Source: Chrysomallon squamiferum
Taxonomy: Eukaryota > Animalia > Mollusca
Length of the DNA: 64,000 nucleotides
Direction of reading: 5' to 3'
NCBI GenBank assembly: GCA_012295275.1
Contig: CM022672.1
Span: 27,280,001 to 27,344,000, forward strand
Below, in pieces: positions 1 through 13,100 of the stretch. Positions within the stretch are counted from its first letter, which is position 1, and each line of letters opens with the position of its first letter. The notes under the pieces are model-generated. The model ran no database searches. It was not told where the DNA came from and saw only the letters and a program-made list of their open reading frames with translations. A program made the translations under genes and the position numbers.

Positions 1-146
1 TATTCAGATCTTCTAACTATGCAGATTAACCAAATTTTCAGTTATTTAAATTTCTTTTTTGGTTTACAGATCCGTCCCATAAAGCCTTACTGTTAATTCT
101 GATAAAGCCAACTTGAAATGTTTGGTTATTTTTCTGTTTGTTTCAG

Positions 147-643
147 ATATAAATCACAACTACAACATCACTGGCAGACCTCCAGTTTACAGAAGATATA
201 CAGAAGGTGATCCACTGGCAGAATGTTTACAATTTATGTTTATATCCACTTGTTTTTTCTTGCTTTTTATTTTTATCTGTTAAATTTTGTTGTATCATAG
301 TTCAGAGAAATGTTAAAACTGTAGTAAGCTGGCTTTGTAGTAATTATAATTATTACAAATACGTATTTAAGATATGTTTATTGTATTATTTTACGTCCAG
401 TTGTTACCAAAAAATCTATTAACATTTCAAATGAGTTTATAGTTCCATTAATAACATAATATTGATTTCATTATATTTTACCTTAGATATTAAATGAAAG
501 ATGTTACACAGCCAAAAATCATACATGTTTGAGCATATTCTTCTAGTATTATTGCAAACTGTTATTATTGTATTTTAAATTTCTAAAGCTTTACAATTTC
601 ATAAGCAAACTTTGGTCATAATAATAATATAAAACTATTATTA

Positions 644-695
<52 letters not shown>

Positions 696-3505
696 TATTA
701 TTATTACTATTATTATTATTATTATTATTTCTTACATATTTATATTTTGTCCTAATTTACTTTAATAATTAATAATATATTAACATACCCTTTTCTTTAC
801 AATTAAAAGATCCTTACAGTGCAAATGTTACTTATGTCCCTGGTCTGTTATCAGCAGAATCAACATCACCGTCAGGGAAGGTGAGTCACTTGTCATCAGG
901 ACAGATTAGTTGCCCTGCTTCAGAGAATATTAGTCACCTTAATCACCCTGCTTCTGAGAATATTAGTCACCCATCTACTGGGAACTGTAGCCGCCCTGCA
1001 ACTGGGAATTTTATCCGTACAGCATCAGGGAAATTTAGTCGCCCAGCAACTGGTAACCTTAGTCGGCAAGCTTCTGGGAAACTTAGTCAGCCTGTTTCTG
1101 GGAATCTTAGTCACCCTGTTTCTGGTAACCTTAGTCGGCCAGCTTCTGGGAAACTTAGTCAGCCTGTTTCTGGGAATCTTAGTCACCCTGTTTCTGGGAA
1201 TCTTAGTCGCCCACCTTCTGGAAAACTTAATCGACCCCTGTCTGCAAACAAGTCACCAAATTCAAAAAATTCACACACTAATGAGGTATGTTGAAGACTT
1301 ATCTTATTCAGTCAGTATCAAATATTATTAATAATATTTTACGATAGTTAATGTTAGTTATAATTGTAGTGGCAGTAATAATAGAATAGTATTTTTAACA
1401 AATACTACTGTTGTTATTAATAATAGTAATAACAATGAGTAGTTGTAGTTGAATAATAGTAGTTGTATTAATACTAATAAATTTATTTATTAAGAATCAT
1501 TAATTTATATCACATGCAATGTTATTAATGATAAATAATAAATGCATACATAAATAAATAAATAAATAAATAAATATAAATATATATATATATATATAAT
1601 AAATAAATAAATAAATAAATAAGAGAAAGACTCCACAATTCAGAACCATCACCAGTGAATAATGCTATCTTAATAATAATTTTGGTTAATTAAGTTTATT
1701 ATTTTTGTCATGTTTTTTGTTATCTGTTTTGTAAAAATGGTTGTTCTCTATACAGTATAATAATCATTGTAGGATAAAGCAATAAAAGATTTGAGATTAT
1801 CACCAGTACCAGCAATGCTCTCACAGACAACACAGGGATTAGGATATGACCAACAAAAGTAAGTGTTGCATAGAAAGATTAAAAAATAACATATTAAATT
1901 ATAATGATGGGTTGAACATGACTGAGTCTTTTTGTTTAGTGTGCGCTTACTATCTCTTTTCTTTATCTTTTTTAATAATAAAGAAATGATTTTTTTTATG
2001 ATTTGTTTAAATGTTTTATCTTTTATTTTTTATTTTTTATTTTTTATTATTTTTATTTTTTGTATGGCTTCTTCATAATATAGATATCAGTGGTTGTTAA
2101 ATGTCAATATATATTTTTTTCATTATATAAAAAATCTGTTCACTGGTTTCTATTACTATGAACTGCAAACTGTTTTTTAAATAGACATTTTTACATATGT
2201 CTGTTGCTTCTGCTTGTCAAGGCCTGTAGAGCATTAACATTTTATGTAATGTTTATTAATTAAAAGAAAAGTTATTGTTTTCTTTTTCTTTTTAAAAAAT
2301 AAATAAAGTATTTCTCATGGTAATGACTATCAAACAGTTGGTCCATCTTACAATCGTTACAGTCGTCATGTTTCTCCACCACCACTACAACTGCATGGGT
2401 CTCTGAAGAAACAAACCGACAAAGGTAAGATTAGACATTTGAAATTACTGAAACAAAATAATAAGTATAAAAATTAAAAAATTAAAATACATAAATCTTA
2501 CTTAAATATAAATAACAGACATGGAGAAAAATGAAGTAGGTATAAAGCATTTACAGTTATATATTTAAAAAAGGCTAATTGGCATAATGTATTTGCAGTT
2601 ATATATTTAAAAACATAAGTTGCCATAATGAATTTATAGTCATATGCTTAAGAAACATAAGTAGATATAAATAATTTACAATTATATCTTTAAAATTTTA
2701 AGCTGACAATGAATTTGTAGTTAAATGTTTAAAAAAATAAGTGGATGTAAAGAATTTGTTATATATTTAAAAAATTAAATTTGTAGTCATGTATTTAAAG
2801 AATATTTCTCCTCTTGAACATTTTCTGATTACGTCTGTTTGTATTTTATTTTACTTGGTATTATTTCCAGATACACTGCCTCCGCTGGTTCGAGATGGTC
2901 CACCTCAGAGTTACTACAACCTGCTGAACATGCATCAGGAGTACCAGGGTCGAGGAGGCCATCTTAAAGTTACGCAAAACACAGCTAGGTACAGATTTAC
3001 TTCCGTTTTTCAATTAAGAAACATCTGTGGGTTATTTCCCGAATTCATAGCCACATTCAATTTCTATAAAAATACAACTGAAGAGATTAATTAATATTTT
3101 TATTAAATTGTTGAAAAAACAAATCTATTTATATTTATATTTTTCCCACACACACACACACACATATCTTTACCTACCTCTGCATATGAATTTAATCATT
3201 TCATATTTAAACCAAAAGATTCTGTAATATTAAAATAAAACTTCAAACAAATGTAACCTCTCATATAATCTTAACATTTTAATTCTCTAACTTTAAAAAT
3301 ACAATGTATTTTACTTTTACTTTTCAGTCCAAGTATTCCACAGGTACCGAAGCCAGTGTCTGTGATGTCAACCCCTGTAAATGAAGCCTACTCGAAGGTT
3401 TACAACCCATACCCTAATACTGACACTGCCTGGACAGTGTTTGGAATTGTTCCCAATCACAGGACAATAGCTTCAAGACAAAATGCACACAGCAGACTAT
3501 GGTGA
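147..3505 (+). CDS. 3' part of an unidentified multi-exon gene (low-complexity Ser/Pro-rich C-terminus with an octapeptide repeat); 5' part lies outside the window
   Basis: Phase-consistent GT-AG exons 147-206, 810-1285 (alternative donor at 880), 1773-1858, 2309-2424, 2871-2988 and 3328-3505(TGA). They splice to one open frame ending ...YSKVYNPYPNTDTAWTVFGIVPNHRTIASRQNAHSRLW*. No family recognised. Confidence 0.8.
636..728. repeat. (ATT)n microsatellite
   Basis: Direct reading of the sequence. Confidence 0.95.
881..1250 (+). repeat. Coding 24-nt (8-aa) tandem repeat [RHQ]P[AV]SG[NK]LS, ~15 units, with a 72-nt higher-order duplication
   Basis: Translation shows HPVSGNLS/RPASGKLS/QPVSGNLS units. 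1051-1122 and 1123-1194 differ at one base. Confidence 0.9.
2530..2800. repeat. Degenerate ~43-bp intronic tandem repeat
   Basis: Recurring atttRYagttatatatttaaaaaa...aagt...ataatga units. Confidence 0.7.
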
Positions 3506-3624
3506 ATGTTTGTGTGGATACAGCTTGGTGCACACCATATACTCACATTTTTATTCTGTAGAATGTCAGTAGCCCACAGTGTATTTTATGCTGAAATGTT
3601 ATGGAGTGTACACTGTGTATTAAG

Positions 3625-3910
3625 AACAAAATAATAATAATATGCATTAAAATATATATTGCAGGATATAAGTTATCTGAGAAATTACTGTGTACATTGT
3701 ATATCAAAAATATAATAATAATAAATGCCTTAAAATATTTATTTTAGGATATAAATTATTTGAGAAATTACTGTGTACATTCAATATAAAAAATCAAATA
3801 ATAAAAATATGCCTTAAAATATTTATTATAGGATATAAGTAATCTGAGAAATTACACTGTACGTTAGATTATATCAAAAATCAAATAATAAATCCCTTAA
3901 AATGTTTATT
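3625..3910. repeat. ~83-84-bp tandem repeat (about 3.5 copies) just downstream of the gene-1 stop
   Basis: The anchor 'taaaat' recurs at 3648, 3731, 3815 and 3898; the first three are followed by ...ggatataa...tgagaaattac...tgtac. Confidence 0.85.
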
Positions 3911-6900
3911 ACTTGAGTCTAGTTAAAATGAATGAATATTGATATGTATTTTGAAATGGTGATATATATACTTTAATACTTTTGATAAATGTAAAAAGAA
4001 AAGCTCACAAAATATTTATTTCTTAAGAAAATTGCTAATACTGCTGTTAAGTAATATAAACATTATAAAAGTTTGTGTTTTAAGCTATAACATATTTTTT
4101 ATTATTATACAGGTATATTTTTAAAGTAAAAGTAATAATTACACTTGATACAGAGTCTGAATTAAAATATTATTTTGTTCAATTGTAGATTAGCTTGTAA
4201 TAACTCAAATACTTACTTTAATCTTCTTATTCCATCATAGGCTGTATGTACACATCATCAAGAAGCTTACATTTATTTGTTTAGGGTTGCACTTAAACTC
4301 TGGATAATTTGGTGAGATTTATATATATGTGCATTAACTAGTATAATTTAACTTGAACAAATCAGTGTTTGGCTTCAGTGTACACATCACTACATGGTGC
4401 TGATTATATAGATTTAGCATATACAACATATTAAATAGAAGATGTAGCCTAATTCTGTTAAAAAGTTTTAACATAATCTTTATAACAGAACAGTGCAGTT
4501 TAACAATGTTAATGCAGTGGTTTCCCCAACCACTTATCTCAGTTTTCAGTTCCTGCACCCATTGTTCATTTTCAAGCCATCCTTAAGCCTGTAAAGAATT
4601 TTTATTTACAGTATACTGAATGAAAGATAGGAAAAATAGCATTAATTATCTTTATCACCTCTTCCGTATCCCCAGTTTGGGAAGCACCACATTTGTATCT
4701 GATATGTTGTTGATATGTCAGTTTAATATGTTGAGAAATGTCAGTTTAATTTTCATAATACAACATAACACAAAGTAGTTTAGATACTGTATTCTGGCCT
4801 GCATAGACTTTAAAATGCAATCTAAGTGAATTTGTATTGCAACAAAACCCATGTAATTTTAGTTTTAGTCTCTGATAATAATTAAAACACATCCTTTTTC
4901 TGATAACAAGCTCTTAATCAGCCAATACATGTTCATTTGTATTTCTTGTTGTTTTTTTTCTCAATAGGAGAGACTAATTTTCTCATATAGTTACTGGGTT
5001 TTGATAGTTGTTTTTTTTTTTTTTTACTTTTGGTTTTGTTAGAAATATGAGAATTTTTATCTGTTAAGAAGTTGTATCTAACATTTCAATTCTGACAAAC
5101 TGCACAAAGACCCAACTGCTTTTCATTGTAGTTTGTGTTTACCACTAAAAATGCATACAGTGTCCTCAGTTTATTTTTGACTAATGACTGTGAACCACAT
5201 TCCAAAAAAGTGCCTTAAGAAATTCACTGAAGCTAGTCAGAAACTGATATTATTTCCTCAGTCTGAATTGGCATTTTCTTATACTTCAGGTTGCTGTTAT
5301 TTGTGTGTCAGTGAAATGTTTGTAAAGACTCAGTTTACATGTTAAAGGATAACAGTAATAAGTCTTTATAAATGATTATTTTTGTCACAAGTCTGAATGT
5401 AGTAAGAATATGATATTACTTAAATGGGATTATGGATCATATTATTTTTTTTGTTAACAAGCTTATTTTACTATCTATCAGTTCATTATAATTGCCTGTT
5501 TTTTTGTTTTTGTTATTTGAATTTTAAACATACTCAGTCTTTTAGATAATTGTGTGAGGGTTTGTTTTGTATCGAATATAGCAATATTAGTTGGTTGGTG
5601 ATCGCAGTGTGTAAATAAAAGTGTTACTAATATATTTTATTATTATTTATTTATTTATTTATTTATTTTTATTTATTTATTTGTTAAATATTGGGGTTTT
5701 TTGTTGTTGTTTTTTAACAATAATAATGTTGTCATAATTGTTTTAATTTAGTATCATGAAATACATGTTGCCATATCATTTTTGTCAAAAAGAAATTCAG
5801 TTTTGAGATATATGGAAAGTATATTAATCTTTTTACTAAATTTTTGACATTTTTAACTAGCAATTTTATTCATGGACAAATTATTCACTTCACAAATTTT
5901 TTATTGTTTTTAGAAATTATTTGTCTTTTTTAAAAATTAAATCTTTCATCATTATTACCAAATTAATCAGTCTGAAATACTGATTTTAGTTACTGGCCAG
6001 GCAAGGTTTATTAGATGTTTTAATTTTCCTTGAGTCAGCTTCTAAATAGTAAGTATGCTTATAGCCTGGCATAATTGACAGTTCCTCTGTCTGGGTGACT
6101 TTTAGTGTTTTCCAGATACATCTTCTATTGCAAAGTTTTCCTTCCTTTGAAAACTTTCATAGATCATGCAGTTAGGATGTGATGATGATGATGATAAATA
6201 GTATCTACATTACACAATGTATTGTGATTATTTGTTTGTGGCTCCATACTGAAGTAGATAAATCAAAATGAATCCATAATATTGAATGTATTTTTTTGAA
6301 AACATATTTCTATTATTTTTGTAATTCTTAATAAATATATACAGAAATCACAATTTGAAGTTTCTTTTCTTTTCCAAATTTGCTTACACAGTTAAGAAAA
6401 TGAGTTATTTTTCAGTGTTAAATAAGGTACAAGCTTATTTCTTGAAATAATCAGTCACAAGTTGTATTACTATTTGAATGTTTAACTTCACAAATATAAT
6501 CATTCATATCAACATGTGTGTGTGTGTGTGATGAACTAAAATATTGCAAAATATTACAAACAGTAGTTGAAAAAAAAACATTTTACACTTAAATTTCAGA
6601 TGTATTTTCTTTAAACAAATTGCCTTTTTGCACATTAAAATCTTTTTGTTTAAAACCGTAAAATGATATTTTTACAAAGACAAATTTTGTCCTTTATCTT
6701 ACAAAACATTTTATCAACGGGTCTGACATTTTGGCTGGAATATTTTATAGAGATGGCTGACTGACCCTGTTATCCTGTTTCACACTTCAGTTGAAACATT
6801 TATTTCACAATATTTTTTATTTTATTTATTTTTGAATAATATAATTGCTTATTGAAATATAAAAGCAGTGTGATTTAAATTTTGCTCTTATTACTGTTTA

Positions 6901-8869
6901 AATTGCAATGCAGTTTTACTCTGTAAAAGTTCCCTAGAAATCAGGAATCAAGGAAACATTGTCCCAAATATTTGTATGGTTGTTTTTCAGGAGGGTATTA
7001 TTATTATTATTATTATTTTTTTTTTTTTTTTTTTTGGTTCTTGTTGTTATTTTATCCCCTATATGCTTTTATCTACTTAGAAATATTAATTTTTCTCTCT
7101 TTACATCAGGCACACATATTTCCCAAGCTGGCATCTAAATAAGAATCAATCATTCTTCAAAAGTGAACACAAAAAACTTGACTTCACAAAGTAACACCTA
7201 ACTGCAAATCAGTAAATTATTTGTTAGTTGACATGTTCAAAGAATGTATTTATATGTTGTCTTTAAATACATCAATGTAGTTCATTCACTCCAGGTCTAT
7301 AATATATACCCTAAATACTGCATAGTCTTCATAAAACTTGTTTTTGATTCAACTCATCTGACTGTTGAGATGAAATGATAACATAAATAATTTTTCTCTC
7401 TCTATATATTCTTTGCTGAACAAACCCCTTTTCAACTTTTTTCCATTCTTCTGCAATTGATCATTTTAAATAACATATCATCAAGTTCGAATTTTTAAAA
7501 GTTTATATTTTAAAAGTGAGCAACAGTGTGATTTGGCTGTTTTTGGCAGATTAACATTAAATTAAACTGTCTTAGACATCTGCAATAGGTAAGTTTATAA
7601 ACATTCAATTTAAGGCTATGTTGCCAAACAATCATCTGTCTATTTAGTTTAAACTCACGTTTGCTTTTTATATTTTAATCCAAATTCAACAAATCAAGAA
7701 AATACACTGCATGTTCATAGCAGTCTATAAACAGAAAAACCTAAAACCATTAATCATTTTCAATCTCTCTCTCTCTCTCTCTCCAAATAAAGTTTATTGA
7801 GGAGCATGATGCATCACAAGATTGATCCTTCTTAATGCATCTTTTGCAAATTATTCTCTGTGTACTAACAAGATGAAAACTGAACGAAAAAAAGAAAAAT
7901 ATCTGAAAACAATACGATGTTATCTTGCATAAAATTCACAATGTACATGTTAACATGCAAAAAACCAGGGACACGTGGTTCAATGATTTTACTCAAAAAT
8001 AAAGGAACTGCTAGCTACTTTTATCTATAGCAGCCATATGTTTCATTTAATCACAGTTCAAAGGAATTGATTGATTTAATTCTCAGCAGGAATTTTTCTA
8101 GTTAGGTTATAAAATCTATATCAAAACAGTGAAACAACAGTTTATAGATATTCTTATTTTTTGTCAACTAAAGGCAATATCTACATGCTTTAAGCCAACT
8201 GAATAAATTGTTCTCAATTGAGGTCTGGCCAAGCTATGGCAGTCTACAATGATCTAGTAGAAAAAAAAAATCTGTTCTAATAGAGACAAAGGCTTGCTAT
8301 GAACCAATATTTTTGCAAGGTAAATGTATCTTATGTCTACTGAATCATTTAAAATGCTTAAAAATATAAGCTCAGCTATAGTGCTGAGACAGATTTCAGT
8401 TCTGAAGTTGTCAAACATGTTCCCAATTCTGAAACAGAAAAATTAAAAAACAATTATAATAATGATTAAAAACAAAAAAAAAAAACATATTAAAAAAAAA
8501 TTAAAATTAAAAGAAATAATAATAATAATATATATAAAACCTTCATGTTTCAGAATGTGTTATTTTGTACGTAAAAATATTGCCATACATGTTATTGACA
8601 CTTGTAGCTAAGCTAAAGCAAGACATAAAATAAATATTATATGGATAACACATATTTTAATACAGTTTAATACAGTTTAATGTAAGCCAAGTACATGATA
8701 TTAAAATATGCTTCATTGTTGTTATGATAATGATGATGACGACGATCTGCTTTTTTAATCTTTCAAAGAGGCACAGTTATTTCCACAGAAATACTAATTC
8801 TGCGATAAAAGGATAAATACTTTCTGTTAGTGGTTCTCCACTTTGAAGGAAAATACAAAACAACGTTAT

Positions 8870-8988
8870 TTGATTTTGTGTCCTTGACAGAAATGGCGCC
8901 TAGTTTGAGTTGTCGTTTCAAATGGATATCATCATTATTACACGACTAGCTAAAAGGATATTTCATCAACAGATTGTACTTATTAGTG
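8870..8988 (+). promoter_or_regulatory. Putative DSN1 promoter / first exon with a YY1-like AAATGGCG motif
   Basis: AAATGGCGCC at 8891-8900, local CpG cluster and candidate donor GTG|gtaaca at 8988/8989. Inferred, with no transcript support. Confidence 0.35.
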
Positions 8989-9049
8989 GTAACAAACGTT
9001 TAATTTTAATTTAATAACCAATAATATTTGGAGCAATATTTTTAAATAC

Positions 9050-9530
9050 TTCTAGTAGTACTAGTAGTAGGCAATAGGCGAATAGCAATTAATTATTGAA
9101 TTAATGGGAATATTACTAATTATTAAATTAACACACTACTCAGTAACTATTATTACTAATACTACTATTACTACTACTAGTATTAGTGGTATTACACAAT
9201 ATCTGAGTATAAGTATTACTATTAGTATTACAGTATAATAGAGTATTAGTTACTATTACTATTACTGTAAAAGTAAGTGTAACTATCGTTACTATGATAC
9301 TACTATGTAGTATGTATTACTATTACAATAGTATTAGTATTAGTAGTATTACTATTGTCTATTACTATTAGTATTACTATTACTTCAATGCTTGTATTAG
9401 TATTACTATGTATTAATATTACTTTGTATTACTATTACTGTATTAGTATTACCGTATAATTACGTATTTACGGTATTACTATTACTATTAGTACTACACA
9501 ATTTACAGTATTACTATTAGTAAATGAATT
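9050..9530. repeat. Degenerate TAC/TAT/TAG low-complexity tract in mixed orientation
   Basis: Alternating tactattac and agtattagt words over ~480 bp. Confidence 0.8.
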
Positions 9531-10101
9531 AATTAATCATCATATTAATAATTATTGATATTACGAATTAATAGAATTGAAATTTATGCGATTTTATTTA
9601 ATATAATTAATAATTATGTAGTGTTTTATGAATTTTAACATTCATGCGTCCAAAGCCGACGATGATGACCGAAACATTTACATTAAATTAGATTAATTAT
9701 TAAACATTAAAAACAAATGTTTCAGTAATATAATCTGTTTGAAATTATTTTTATATATTTAATTTTAAACTATTAAGTTTATTACTTTTAGTATTACTGC
9801 TTTTAATAAAAGTTTGATGTAAAATTCGTTTTAACTTTTAATTTTAGAAAAAGCTAGACTAGACTGGAAAGAAAACTAAAAATTACAGTGAGTGATTTAA
9901 TTAGTAATTTACTTATTTATTGAAGATTGTATAACTTAATTAATATTTATTATGATTTTTACTTTAGCTTATTTGCTAATGGACATTATTCCTATTCACA
10001 TTTTGCATTAGTCATTTTAGCACTACTTTTTTTTTTTTAGAATCTTTAAAATTATTTTATTTCATTTTATTTTAGTGTAGAAGAAGACATAGTTAATAAC
10101 A

Positions 10102-13100
10102 ATGAGTGAGAAAAAGAAGCGTCGAAGATCTAGCTTGGCACCAAAACGAATTTCTATGATAACCAGCACATCTTCAGGTGTTTCAGGTAAATACAAATTT
10201 GTTTTCTTAAAGGAATACTAAGACAGGTAGGCCCATTCATATTCATAACAAACACCAAAGGCTGAAGAAGTATACAAGTCATTTTAGTGTAGTCGCAGAT
10301 GGTATTATTGAATATTGTTTTTTATATTTTTTATTGGGTGTATTCTCCTTTTTACTGTTGTATTCATATGGATGTCAACGATGTTTACTTTTGGTGAAGG
10401 AATCAGTAAAATGAAAATAAAATAAAGTCCTGCATAAAATGAAGGTTACAATGTTTGGAGGTTTTGGTGATTTCAAAAAATTAATTCTTAAATGTAAAAT
10501 GTACTTGTGGCTGTATAAATAAAATTCTTTATTGATTTGGACAGCTTACCATTGCTCATGTAATAAAATGAGAATACTGAATACATTATAAAATATCTCA
10601 ATTCTGATACTTTATCCCATTTAAGTTGTGATGTCCTTGTTAAACCATTTTTTCAATCTATTTTCATTCATATTTGTTTTGTTTTTCATTTTTTGTATAT
10701 GTGTATGTGTGTTTATGAAAAGAAGTAAGTTTAATAACTGTATAGAGAACATTTTAAAATATATATGTATTTTAATTTATATAATTGATTTTTATCTTAA
10801 TCTCATATTTATTTTATTTTAATATATCTTTGAAAAAATTATATTTTTGGAATATCTAATTGTGTGTATAAGTATTATTTAACCATGTAGAAAAGAAAAA
10901 AAATATCTTCTTATTGTTAATAAAGTTTATAATGATTGATTCTGCAGGTCTTCACAGTTTAATTGATCCTGAGCTTCCTGATGATGTGAGATTGGCCAAG
11001 CTGTCATCTCTCTGTTTGGAAGTAAGTCATGTTTTAACTGATTATAATTCCTTGTATTACATCAGTCTGTTGCATTTTAACTGCAGATTTTATACCCCCA
11101 CATTTACAGTTACGTGTATATAATTTAGGACAGATGAATCTCTTCGAGGCTTACTCTACAGTGAAAGCAATGACAGACAAATACTGTTTTCATCATGCTG
11201 CTTTAGAGATGCTAATTGTTGAACTCAGTGTGCATAGAACAGAACAGTATCTGTGTTAACCCTGATAATCAGTCTGACTAGTAAGTCTGGTTCATTATGG
11301 ACTAACAGGAGATTCCTTGCAGTAGTGCCCACTGCATTATGTAAGCATGGAAGTGTCTGATACTGGCAGAATACGTAAACATTACTGACCAAACAACAGC
11401 AGGTGAAGACTACAGCCATCGTCTCTGGTGACCATTTGTTACTGGGAAGATGTGCTAGCTTGCTTAGTTATTTGCAGATCTCTAAAACGCTTACTATATC
11501 TTCATATTTTGAAAATTACATTATCTTTCTCATTTAATTTATGCATGATACTTATTAAACTATATATATTATAGGGTGTCTGCTGGCACTATGTAATAAA
11601 GTGTTTGACAGTAATGAAATGTAAATTATGTTCCTCATGTAAAACATTTCCTTGCCTTCATACATAAATGATAAAGGTAATGTTGAAATTTGAACTCAAA
11701 TTATTTAATTTTCTCTAGTTTTGAGTAACTGAAGTTTGTTGTGGTTTTTCATTTCTTTTTCTTCAAAGTTGTTTTCTAGTTTTAAAAACAGATTTCAGTA
11801 AAACTGCTAAATATTAATATAAGCTACTAATTTTATGAATTATGCTATTTCACTGAACAGTTAATAGAGTATGACTGACATTATTTCAATTTTATTTTCA
11901 GTATACTTTAAACAGTATGGAAATAACAGATTGTCCTCACTCTGAATGGTTTAAGTCAGAAGGTATGTCACTGAATTAAATATAACATAAGGGGAAACAT
12001 TTCTTGCTTTTTATTTCTGGTTCTTTTCCCTTGATAAATATATAGAGAGGTTCTTTCTATTAAATAATGATATTAATTAATAAATTTAACTTTTTATTAT
12101 TATTATTATTATTATTCTTTTAATGTTATTATTGTTGTTGTTTTGTTTTTTTATATATATAATAAGAAACCATTTATTTTCCATTTATAGCTCAAGATAA
12201 AGTTAACCAACTACTTGCAAACTTACAAGAAGATGGTTTGTTCAAAAAAGCTTGTCAAACGGATGGGTTTGTACTTTAATGTGGTTTATCAGTTTTGTTA
12301 CTAATATTAAATGAAAAAAACATTGTTTTCCATGGTGTGTAATAAATGTAGAAAAAACTATATTTTTGTCTTAATCTTAAGATGATTAGAAGAATGAAGT
12401 GAACACTTTTATTTCATTACTTAACAACTGCTTACATTGTTGAATGTAATTCAGTCCTGGAAGTATTATATATTTATCTACATCTGTACAGTTACTATTA
12501 ATACTTCTTTTTTATTATTATTCATTTATTGTTTTAAATCTTACTTTGTTAACAAGAAAAAATGTTAGTATATACAACTTTAAAAACCCCCAAATACCAA
12601 AAAAACAACATTAATATTATTTTTTCACAGTTGCAATAGTCTAGTGTCAGATGCTGTTAAAGAAGTTCTGGCTGCCAGAATAGCTGATGCAGAAGCATCT
12701 ATCAACAGGTAGAAACTAATAATTATTTAACTACAGAATGTGTTGTGAAGTTTTAGAATATTCAAGACTTCATCCTTTTCCTTACTGAATCCAGTACAAG
12801 CAAAACACTTGTTGCATCAATTTACATTTATTACAGAATTCCATTTCTATTTATAAATAAAGACATGAATCAAAACAGACATAATCAAGATATCTCATCC
12901 CTTCATATGCTAGATGATACACACATTAACTTGGCCTCACTGTAGTGTGTGTATTTAGAATTAATGAAATGTAATGTCAGTTGTAATTTTATATTATATA
13001 ACTAGTTTTGATTTTTAGTTTGGAAACTGAGAGTGAGAAATGGGACAACATTCTAAATGAACTTGATGAAAAGGTGAAACAAGCTGAACTGTGAGTTTTT

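Noticed and set aside
2530-3910. CRISPR-like arrays from regularly spaced repeats
   Set aside because: Eukaryotic context, and the units are contiguous degenerate tandem repeats without unique spacers or cas genes.
11255-11320. Telomerase-RNA or RNase P RNA in DSN1 intron 2 (TAACCCT; AAGTCTG...CTAACAG words)
   Set aside because: The template match is only 7 nt with no pseudoknot or H/ACA layout. The RNase P CR-I GGAA and CR-V AC..RA....G..UA consensus and the P8 stem are not satisfied.
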